DNA from: Macrostomum lignano
Taxonomy: Eukaryota
Reading direction: 5' to 3'
Assembly (NCBI GenBank): GCA_002269645.1
Contig: NIVC01000689.1
Location: 124,001 to 188,000, forward strand
Length of the DNA stretch: 64,000 bases
Shown: positions 50,447-60,445 of the stretch, one piece after another
How the letters are laid out: each line of letters starts with the position of its first letter
Numbering within the stretch: position 1 is the first letter of the stretch
The notes under the pieces: generated by a model
Told to the model about the DNA's origin: nothing
The model's input: the letters and a program-made list of their open reading frames with translations, nothing else
Databases searched by the model: none
Made by a program: the position numbers and the translations under genes

Positions 50447-51868
50447 CTATGTCCCTACGCTATTGAACTCAAATTTATAGGCAACCCATAGGCTTTTTCG
50501 CACAAGTAACGAAAACCAGCGGTCGCACTTTACCTGTTACCGCCATACAAAAGTGGCCTATCTAGGGAATATAAGATCTATGATTCATATGAACATTGAG
50601 CAACTGCTCCAGATCAGAGCAGTTGCTCGAGTTCGAGCTTTTGCTCAATCTCAGAGTTTGAGGTGAAACTCGCCAGTTATTGCTCACTGTAGTCATACGG
50701 CCAAAATAAAGCTAGGAAATTTTAGGAAATGTAACTTTCGTATAAACAAACATAACCGTCAGCTGTCTAAATTAATGCATGTGACACACACCTTGTTGTT
50801 CTGGTCTTGTTGTCGAGTCCAGCAAGATTTGTGAAACCAGAAGAGGCACGATGGGCACTCGATCTGCAGATTTTATGCGGTATAGCTATGCCTCATACGC
50901 TCGTATATACTTACATGAATTACCTTAGTGCGTCCAAAAAGTTCTTAGACACCCCTCCTATCTCTGCACATGTTCAATCGATTTTTATAAAAATTGACAA
51001 AAACATGTACCTATATGTAATGAATTCAGTGCTAAAGTTTCAGCTTAATCGGGTTGACATATAGCAAAAGAAATTGATCATTTCTAAGGTACACTAAGGT
51101 GTTAATTTTCAACGTAACTTACCCACTCAATTGTACTCGTAGAACGATTTCGACCCCGCGGCCGGGGTTCTTCTAAATGGCAACCGTGGCATGTGTTTTG
51201 CTCTGATTTTTCGTCAAAATTGGTTATTGCTGTCTTTATAATGCCTCGAGCAACGGACAGCTTTGGCTGCACATTAGGTATAATAGTGCACCTACCAAGC
51301 AATAAATTTCTTCCAAAGAGCGAAACAAAAACGCCGCAGGAGTCGGAGTCTATTTGCTGCGTGCAAATCCGATGGGAAACTGCGAAGCATTCCCTCTGGG
51401 AGTTTTCAATGAGTGGGCCAAGACATTCGTCGACATCTGACAATAGGAGTAGCGCGCTGAAACCGTAAAACGAATTTTATAGATGCAGAGATTTGCATAA
51501 GGTGTAATAAAATAATTTTAGGCTTGGTACATTCCTTACTTCCACTTTCTTGCTATTTCCTCCACTTCATTCTTTCTTCTTCCGCCAGTGCGCCTCATCG
51601 AGTCCAGTGAGTAGATTTTTTTCTCATCAAGAAAGATTGCTACGAGCCAAAAATGGCTCGGCGACAACATTGGAATCAGAATTTTTGTTATTTTCTAATT
51701 GTTGGATAGTGGTAAGAACAAAATGGATTGTATCGTTTCTTTAATAATTAATATACGAGTAATTTGTATTTGCAATTGTACTTACGCTTCTTCCTGTCGC
51801 GTAGTTCTGCAAGGCTTCTTTTGTCGGAAGCAGAAGATTGTTTGGGTTGTCAATTGTTCTGACTGAAA
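50447..51868 (-). CDS. Spliced Ulp1/SENP (C48) cysteine protease plus PHD finger, 5'-truncated; exons 51868-51786, 51694-51540, 51456-51123, 50863-50792, ~50533-50447
   Basis: KILIPMLSPSHFWLVAIFLDEKKIYSLDSM (His, Asp), TQQIDSDSCGVFV (Gln, Cys), CHGC..IEW|IECPSCLFWFHKSC; GT-AG junctions are phase-compatible; last exon uncertain. Confidence 0.8.
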
Positions 51869-51885
51869 CTGCAAAGTGCATAGAA

Positions 51886-52905
51886 AGCACACTTTGGAAG
51901 CAGATATCCCGGGAAATGCAAAAGTCAGACATGTGTCTAAGGTGTCACTGCAAAGCTGAGACATGCGTCAAGAAGTGGTAGAAGTTTCAGAGCAAATGAT
52001 TGAAGCATAGAGACGGAGCGATAAGTCAAAGTTTTGGTTGGTCTTGATACGAATGATGAATGACTCACGGAAAGCACACTTTGGAAGCAGATATCCCGGG
52101 AAATACAAAAGTAGGACATGTGTCTAAGGTGTCACTGCAAAGCTGAGACATGCGTCAAGAAGTGGTAGAAGTTTCAGAGCAAATGATTGAAGCATAGAGA
52201 CGGAGCGATAAGTCAAAGTTTTGGTTGGTCTTGGTACGGATGATGAATGACTCACGGAAAGCACACTCTGGAAGCAGACATCCCGGGAAACACAAAAGCA
52301 GGACATGCGTCCAAGGTGTCACTGCAAAGCTGAGACATGCGTCAAGAAGTGGTAGAAGTTTCAGAGCAAATGATTGAAGCATAGAGACGGAGCGATAAGT
52401 CAAAGTTTTGGTTGGTCTTGGTACGGATGATGAATGACTCACGGAAAGCACACTTTGGAAGCAGATATCCCGGGAAATACAAAAGTAGGACATGTGTCTA
52501 AGGTGTCACTGCAAAGCTGAGACATGCGTCAAGAAGTGGTAGAAGTTTCAGAGCAAATGATTGAAGCATAGAGACGGAGCGATAAGTCAAAGTTTTGGTT
52601 GGTCTTGGTACGGATGATGAATGACTCACGGAAAGCACACTTTGGAAGCAGATATCCCGGGAAATACAAAAGTAGGACATGTGTCTAAGGTGTCACTGCA
52701 AAGCTGAGACATGCGTCAAGAAGTGGTAGAAGTTTCAGAGCAAATGATTGAAGCATAGAGACGGAGCGATAAGTCAAAGTTTTGGTTGGTCTTGGTACGG
52801 ATGATGAATGACTCACGGAAAGCACACTTTGGAAGCAGATATCCCGGGAAATACAAAAGTAGGACATGTGTCTAAGGTGTCACTGCAAAGCTGAGACATG
52901 CGTCA
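51886..52905 (-). repeat. 187-bp tandem repeat, right arm (5 full copies plus a partial), inverted relative to the left arm
   Basis: ORF starts at 52119, 52306, 52493, 52680 and 52867. Confidence 0.95.
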
Positions 52906-53938
52906 GAAACTGACAAAAAAATTCATTGCTACCGTTACTTCATAAGTTCTTTGGCGTGAGAATTTTTTTGTAAGGAATGTGTGATAAAATTCGTTTTGAC
53001 ACACTTTGTATTCGTACTAATATTTTTTTCTTTAAGACATAAAATTTTTGTCTACAAAATTTTAAAGCTGAATACGGCGTCAGAGTAAGTAATGCATCCC
53101 GAAACATAAATTCATTTTTTGTTTGAATTATCCGTTTGAAGGAGAAAATATCTGTCGCGAATATCTGTCGGGGAACCCTCACATGAGGTATATTAGGTAA
53201 ATGGCAATGTGAAGCATTGTTAAATCAACGGGTAATACATCGTTAACACGTGTTTTTTTGTATAAGCATACTTCTAGATGCATTGTTTTGTTTTAAGCTT
53301 TTCAAAGAAACTGAAATATCTTAAATTCTTTTGTTCAACCATAAACGAAACTACTTATATGCCTCTTGTTTTACTTCCTTTCATGCGCGCTATTATAAAA
53401 AATCTTTCGCGAAAATGTCGTCACTTGTAGCAAAAACAGTAAATTACTTATTAATACTTCAAATTATCAAATTATCCATCCAATTAAGTCAAACTTCGTG
53501 TGATCACGAACAACTTTTATATCAATTTTGATTTCTTTTTAAATTTTTACATTCATTGTATTGTAAGGATTTTAATTTCTAATATTATAGAATTTTTATT
53601 AAAGAATTTAATTTCTAATATTATCTAATATAATATTTAGATTTTTAGATTTTAATTTGGACATTTGTACATTTTATATGGTTTAATTCTATAAAACAAT
53701 TTTTAATTAAAAATGAAATCAAAAGATTTTTTTGTATATTATAAAATAAAGTAGGCCTATTTTAGTATTTAATCTAATAATTATATAATATAAACTAGGC
53801 CTAGGCCCTAGCTATCATTGTCTTAACATCAAGAAGGCCTGGGTATAGCCTTTGAAATTTAAATAACTTTAGCCAATTGGTTCTTACTGATGCCAAATCA
53901 ATGCTAAAATGAACTATAATTAATATACTCATACTTAG

Positions 53939-54095
53939 GTGCAACCTTGGGATTCACTTGGCTGTTTCTATTGGCAACCCACACATGTAAGTCACTATTA
54001 GACAGAATAGTAGTCACGTGACTGTCTTAGCAAATAGCAACTTACATGTACATGTGTTGCCAATAGAAATGACCAGGTGATTCCTAAAGTTGCAC
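53939..54095. mobile_element. Decayed palindromic MITE
   Basis: GTGCAACCTTGGGATTCACTTGG..TTTCTATTGGCAAC is inverted as GTTGCCAATAGAAA..GGTGATTCCTAAAGTTGCAC. Confidence 0.65.
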
Positions 54096-54244
54096 ATATA
54101 TGGATATACTGCTATATATAACAAACTCAGCAAATGACATGGCTATCCTGCAGAATTGTTTGTTACACTTACTCATTACTATATACATTTTTTATCTATG
54201 AAGTGTTTTGGCATTAAAATTCAGTTGTGGGGGTTGCAACTGTC

Positions 54245-54793
54245 GGTACATGACCAAGATGGCCACACACCAAGATGGCCACAGCTTTAAGTGTCTAAAT
54301 AGATAATAATAAGCCTAGGTCTATATATTTCACTTATTTCCTATTGGTAATAATTAATTAGAGAAATAGATACTAAAAAGATGCTATATTGGAATTGTAA
54401 TATATTAGGCCCTTATATTATAGTCATTCTTTTGGCTTTAGCTTTTATTATAGCTTGACTTATATATATTTATTCACTATATCAAGCAAGTAGTCTAACA
54501 CAAAATAAATACCTTGCCTTGTATATTTATCTTAATTTTTGTATAGCATTACTAGTAACAATGGTTTCTCAATAAACAGATATTGATAGATTTGATAGAT
54601 GTAATGATAAGGAATAAATTGGCATAAAAACTAAAAAAGATTATTTAGTTTCAAATCTATTATTGCATTAGTATTTATAAATATGATTGATTAAACATAA
54701 TAAAAATAACAATAGCTACTATGTTACTAATTAATGATAAAAAGAGAGGAAAGCCAAAGAGACTCAATGTTGTGGCCATCTTGGTCTTATACC
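54245..54793. mobile_element. Non-autonomous DNA element with GG termini and an 8-bp TSD (Merlin- or MULE-like)
   Basis: TIRs GGTACATGACCAAGATGGCCAC / GTGGCCATCTTGGTCTTATACC; TSD CAACTGTC at 54237-54244 and 54794-54801. Confidence 0.8.
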
Positions 54794-56622
54794 CAACTGT
54801 CAAAAGTGTGATTGCTCTCACTGAAATTATCCTACCGCTGAGTCACCAAAGTTGTGCTAGGGGTAAACTTCTATCCCTATAAATAATTCCACAGCTGTCA
54901 CTAAAGTTGTCAAAGGGCTTAACTTTTGTCTATATATTAAATGTTTTAATGTTGGTAGCTGCTATTTAGCCCTTATAAGTATTGTTTTCCTGTTATTCCA
55001 GTAGCGTTTACTATTATTCTGGTAGCGTTTATTGTTATTTTGGACTGAGTGGTATATTGGCTTACTGGTATGTATATTGCATATACTTCTAATCCTGGGC
55101 GTTACTGAGATCAGAGGATCATAGTCTCTGGTTATTCTTATATGTATCAATTTAGGATCTACTTTGTATTCTCTTACTACTTCCACTTCTCAGTAGTATA
55201 TACTGTATGTGTTCTCTGCCACTTCACTTCTCTTCTGCAAATGAATAACTTGGAAAACAATCTTCAATAATGTTTACTTGGAACTCTTACTATCCACTAT
55301 TAACTGTCTTGTTATCAAACTGCAATGCGCAAGGTTGGTCTCTCCTCCACTGAAAATGCTTCTATTTATACTTTAATTTTTATTGCTAGTTTAAACAAAT
55401 ATTAGTTTGCATAAAATATTATAAAAAATATGTGTATTATAACAATTGTGTTTTCCTAGATTTGGCACGCATTCAAAATAAGTTATATGATTATCAATTT
55501 TATAAAAGAATCAGGAAGGCCCTGCACACAACTTAACTTTTATTGCAATTTCCAGGTTTTTCAAAATTTTAGTATGCAATTTTGAATTTATGTGCTGATG
55601 TCATTGGCAAATAAATGTCTTTGAATTCTGATACAAAGTCTAGGGCTTTAAAGAGAGAGGGTTTTGTTTAAAATTTTTTGCTAAGCTACAAATATTGCAA
55701 ATAAAGTGCTTTCTACTTAAAAATGACTAGTGGTCAACTTTCTTCCCTAACATGGATTGTGCCACTAAGAGGTTTGCCCAGCCCTTGAACTAACAAATAT
55801 TTTAATGCCAAAACACTTCTAAAATTTTGGCAAAATTTAAGATATAGCTGATTATCTAAGTTTGTTTAATAAATACTTTTATTTATATTAAATACCATTG
55901 TATTTAATGCTATTGAAAAATATCTATATCTTTTGTTTAAAATAACTACATATAATATTTATTGAATTTTTCCTTTAGTATGCCCTAAATAGATAATACT
56001 AAGCAATTGCATAATTATTTCCCATTTCATTGCTGCCTAATATTTGTGAAGCTATTATTAGCTATATTCAAATGTTTTTAGCCTAGGTAATTACTAGAAA
56101 ATTAGACCAAATTTGACCTGCCCTTTTTGTCATGATTTAAAGCACTAGCAGATCAAAAATCTTGTTGCATACTAGGCATTTTACTAAGTTTATTTCTAAC
56201 ATTGAAGCAGGAAATAGATGAATTGACCAAGAAAAAGTTTTTATTTCTAATTTCAAATTTCAAATAAATTTTTTTATAGAAATGCTTGTAAAACTTAAAA
56301 CAAAATCTTTATTTGCTTGTAATAAAAATTTAGGAAATAATTGTATGCAACCAGGTATCCCTATGCTTTAGGTCTACAAGAGCTGTGACTCTTGAAGCTT
56401 TTAATACTTAGGCAAAATAGAAACAAAATATTGTATAGAATTGAGATTTTTACTCTTATAACACATGGAGCTTGGTTGGTATTAACTTGTTGAATTAGAA
56501 AATGCATACTCTTAAACAATAGAAATTAGCTGTGGTAAGATTCTAGTTTCTTAGTAAAAACTTTTTCGTTAACTGGAAGGCATGGCAGTCTTTTTACTTT
56601 AAATTAAATCCCATTGCAGGCC

Positions 56623-57906
56623 ATGTCCTCCACCGGTGTTCTGTTTGCGCCACCCAACTATTTTCGCGCCCAGCGCGTTGAAATTGCTGCCGCCTACTCT
56701 GGCTTTAAACTGACCAAGGCCAAGTATGAGCCAGGCAAAACCGATAGCACCCTGGTCAAGAAGGGCTTCCCAGCTGGCTGCCTGCCAGCTTTCGAGTCTG
56801 GCAAGGAACAACTATTCGAAGCCAACGCCATTGCCCAGTTTGTTGCCAACGAGCAACTGCGAGGCGGCTCTGGCAATTCGGCCAACGTTGCCCAGTTCGC
56901 CAACTGGAGCGACGCCACCTTCGTGCCGCCCATGACCGCCTGGGTGCTGCCCTGCCTTGGTGTTACCAGGCCCGACGCTGGCCAGATCGAGGCCGCCAAG
57001 GCCCAGGTAGCAGCCGGTTTGAAGTTTCTGGACTCTTATCTGGCCACTCGAACCTACCTGGTTGGCGAGCGAATCACCCTCGCTGATGTGGCTGTAGCCT
57101 GCGATCTGTTGCCGCTGTTCCAGCACGCCATGGGCCCGGAGCAGCGCCGGCCATACGCCAACGTCTCTCGCTGGTTTAACACCCTGGTTAACCAGCCGGA
57201 ATTCAAGCGAATCCTAGGCGAGGTGAAGCTGGCCGATAAAGCTGGCGAATTCAGCCAGGCTCGCTACGATCAGCTGCGGCAACAGTCGGGCGGCAAGAAA
57301 GACGACAAGAAGCAGGCTAAGAAGGAAGAGCCGAAGAAGAAGGAAGCGGCGCCTAAGAAGGAGGAGCCAAAGAAGGAGGCTACAGCTACCGCTGCCGACG
57401 AGAGTGAGAAGAAGAAGGAGGATAAAGATCCTTTTGCCAAGCTCCCAGTCGGCACCTTCAACATGGACGAGTTCAAGCGCGTGTACTCCAACCAGGACAT
57501 TAAGACCGTTGCCATACCATACTTCTGGCAGAACTTCGATCCCGAGCACTACAGTCTGTGGTACTGCGAATATCTCTATCCGGAAGACCTGCGCCTCCTA
57601 TTCATGTCCAGCAATCTGATTGGCGGCATGTTCCAGCGCCTGGAAAGGATGCACAAGCACGCGTTCGGTTCCATGGTTGTGTTTGGCGAGAATAACAAGA
57701 GCACAATTAGTGGTCTCTGGTTCTGGCGCGGCCAGGGTCTGGCTTTTGAGCTTAGCGAAGATCTACAGGTGGATTATGAGAGCTACTCGTGGCGCAAGCT
57801 GGATCCTAAATCCGATGAGGCTAAGAAATTGGTTGAGGCCTACTTCCTGCATGATGAGGGCGACTTCGGTGACAAGAAGTTTGCTAGGGGCAAGATCTTC
57901 AAATAA
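56623..57906 (+). CDS. EEF1G: Elongation factor 1-gamma (eEF1B-gamma), coding region intronless
   Basis: GST-N and GST-C domains, K/E-rich linker, and C-terminal EF1G domain (KDPFAKLP..FNMDEFKRVYSN..FMSSNLIGGMFQRLE..VDYESYSWRKLD); ATG follows a cattgcag| acceptor, so the ORF-track TTG start at 56614 is intronic. Confidence 0.97.
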   Translation: MSSTGVLFAPPNYFRAQRVEIAAAYSGFKLTKAKYEPGKTDSTLVKKGFPAGCLPAFESGKEQLFEANAIAQFVANEQLRGGSGNSANVAQFANWSDATFVPPMTAWVLPCLGVTRPDAGQIEAAKAQVAAGLKFLDSYLATRTYLVGERITLADVAVACDLLPLFQHAMGPEQRRPYANVSRWFNTLVNQPEFKRILGEVKLADKAGEFSQARYDQLRQQSGGKKDDKKQAKKEEPKKKEAAPKKEEPKKEATATAADESEKKKEDKDPFAKLPVGTFNMDEFKRVYSNQDIKTVAIPYFWQNFDPEHYSLWYCEYLYPEDLRLLFMSSNLIGGMFQRLERMHKHAFGSMVVFGENNKSTISGLWFWRGQGLAFELSEDLQVDYESYSWRKLDPKSDEAKKLVEAYFLHDEGDFGDKKFARGKIFK

Positions 57907-59655
57907 TCTGGCATCCATCGCTAGCAGTTTGACTCAAAAATTTACTATCTAATCTTCTTCTTTGGCCACACGGCGCCAATGGTGGTTGGGCTTCTTTCGG
58001 AAGCTTATTATTATTGATCAATCAAAATAACAAAAAGGCCTGCAAAAAATATCAGACCATCTTTCAAGAAATGGACGAAATTTTTTAAGTTGTTTTTTCA
58101 GCTCTCTTGTTGTTTTTTTCTTTTTTGCGTAGCTATAGTGCACATATACTCGCCGAAAGCAAATTTCGCTGTAGAGATCGAGGTATTTAATGGGATTGTG
58201 TACAGCTATGGTTGCTTTCATTGCTTCAGCTCAGCTGTCCTAACGGTTTTTGACAGCATTTTCATTGTACTACTATAAGTAGCGTCTCACCTTTTTTACC
58301 AGCTGACTCCTGAACACAAAGAAGCTCACGCAGGGTGTACAACGGCCCTGAGTTTCGAATTGCCAAGGATTTAAACTCTGTGCTTCGGAGGTTGGACTTC
58401 ATGTGAATCGCACTCGAACGACAGCTGCTCTGCCCCTATGGCTCCAATGGAATAAAGGAATATGAGAGCTAATGTAGATAACAGTGACAGCATGGAGCCA
58501 TGTATGCTCTTGTTACTTGTATTTAGGTACTACTTACTGGTATGATCCGCAAGGAGTTGAAAACGAATCTTTATAACCTTCATCAACTCGCACATACTCA
58601 TAATGCTACCGCTGCTATGCTCTCTAGTATCGTTCGAAGAGCAAATCTTTCGTGTTGTGCAAACAGGGTGAGCAAAAGAACAAGGTTTGCGTGGCAGAAA
58701 CTAAGTCACTGCGAAAGATTTGCTCATTAATCTGCGTTTACTAACGAGAGGTAAGCGAGGTAACAAAGCAAAGGTCATTTTTAAAGTAGCGGAGGTTCCC
58801 ATTTGTAAAATTACAGGGATGGACAATCAAAGCAGCCTAGGATTTTTGTTCATATTTTAGCTTGCATGTTTCTGTTGCTGGATACTGCTTTCACGTTGCT
58901 TTTGACTCTCCCGACCCTGTAAGGGAATTTCTCACAATCGGCTTTGGGGAAACTGTAAAGCAAAAAGGACAAGGTGGGCATAATGTTAATTTATGACTAC
59001 ATAGGCTAATTATTGCCGAAAGCAAGGCTTGTACGAGCGTATGACTGCACCAGGTTGGAGCAGGAAAATCTTTTGTGGGTTTCCAAATCCTAATGGCTAA
59101 TGCGACGATCAAAGTTGGATTATATTTGAAAAAAATCTTGACTATGAAATGCAAATGTGCGAAAACGTTTTGGCACTTTTCTGTATCTACTTTTTTCATG
59201 TCGATGTGACCTTTATCGCACATAAATGGTTCTTACTCGTACTTCTATACTTTTCCAACTTTCAAATATGGGTCCAGTTTACAACTTCCGAGTGTCAAAT
59301 ACGAGTAGCTGCAGACTTGTCCATATTCTTAACTTGTGCGTGTTTGTCTTCTATTCGGGTCTGCTTACCAAAAGCACTCTACCGGCTAAGCCAATGGTAT
59401 TGGTTTCTGTCTGCATCCACCTACGATTTTTAGGCCAATCAGGTACTCCTGAGAGGTCGTAATTCTTTCTTTTTCAGGAAATATACAGTAAGTGGCAATC
59501 AGACAAGAGGCCTAAAACAAGACTGTTGACTGGGGCTTTGAAACAGTTCGGAATTCATTCAGCTGCTCGAAGCCTGCTCAAGCAGGAAAAGTCATCTCAA
59601 ACTGGATAACTCGAGCGTCCTTAATGCTACCGTCAGCTGTCCTGACGAGCATCCC

Positions 59656-60445
59656 ATGGACTATCGCTCGGTGCTAACCGGCATAGTCCTGGGCCTGATT
59701 TCGCTGGGTACAGTGTTCGGCAACTGTCTGGTTCTGCTGGCCGTGGCGCTGCATCGAAACCTTCGCTCAACAACCGGGGTATTTGTGTCCAATCTCGCCG
59801 CAGCCGACCTGCTGCTCGGTGCTTGCGTGTTGCCATTCAGCTCGGCTCTAGAGGTCACCGGTGGTTGCTGGCATTTTGGCAACATCCTCTGCGACATCTG
59901 GGCATCGGTTGACGTGCTCTGCTGCACTGCAAGCATCATGTCTTTATGTGTCATCTCCATGGAGAGGTACATCGGCGTGACCCGACCACTGCAGCACGCT
60001 AGCATCTTGACCCACCGTAGGGCAGTGCTTGTGGTCCTCTTTGTTTGGTTGCTCTCCTTGCTGGTCTCCGTTGGGCCACTAATTGGTTGGAAGAAACCAC
60101 GAAACGGCACCGAAGATCCTTACAAATGCGAAGTGTCCGACAACACTGCCTACATTGCCTTCTCCGTGACGTTTTCTTTCTATTTACCGCTGTGCGTCAT
60201 AATCTTCTTCTACATCCGCGTCTACCAAGAGGCTGTCAAGCAGACACGCTTCTTGACCTCCGGAGTAAAGACCGCGCGAACTTCTGGTCCAGCCTCTGCG
60301 GGAGCTTTTGTCCAGCGACATCTCACAACGGCGCCAGCCGATGGCTCAAATTCAAAAAATTCATCGGCAGTTGTGCTGCGCGTACACAGAGGCGGCGGTG
60401 GCAATCTAATGGCCAACTCCAAACAGCCGAAACTGCAGCTGACTG
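59656..60445 (+). CDS. ADRA1: Class A aminergic GPCR, alpha1-adrenergic-like, exon for TM1-TM5 and part of ICL3; TM6-TM7 not found in the window
   Basis: GNCLV, NLAAADLL, LPFSSALEV, CDIWASVDVLCCTASIMSL, ERYIGV, VSVGPLIGWK, FSVTFSFYLP, VLRVHRG; donor G|GTAAGT; the frame stays open upstream to 59542 with NxS/T sequons. Confidence 0.85.

Larger units (their letters stand above)
48674..53184. mobile_element. Mutator-like (MULE) foldback element, 4511 bp; TIRs of ~1.1-1.3 kb contain 187-bp tandem repeats; non-autonomous
   Basis: Termini ATGTGAGGGTTCCCCGACAG / CTGTCGGGGAACCCTCACAT; perfect 9-bp TSD GAGGTATAT (48665-48673 and 53185-53193); identical 80-aa pseudo-ORFs in both arms. Confidence 0.93.

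Noticed and set aside
48990-52867. Nine copies of a 60-aa ORF (MSYFCIS..)
   Set aside because: They are a by-product of the 187-bp repeat unit, with no coding signature
48675-53183. Ginger1 classification (TGT..ACA ends, Ulp1/PHD cargo)
   Set aside because: There is no 4-bp TSD (TATA vs TGAG); a perfect 9-bp TSD flanks the ends placed one base further out, which favours Mutator
56623-57906. EF1-gamma as a processed retrocopy
   Set aside because: The ORF is intact with strong codon bias and an upstream splice acceptor; no poly(A) remnant or TSD was seen
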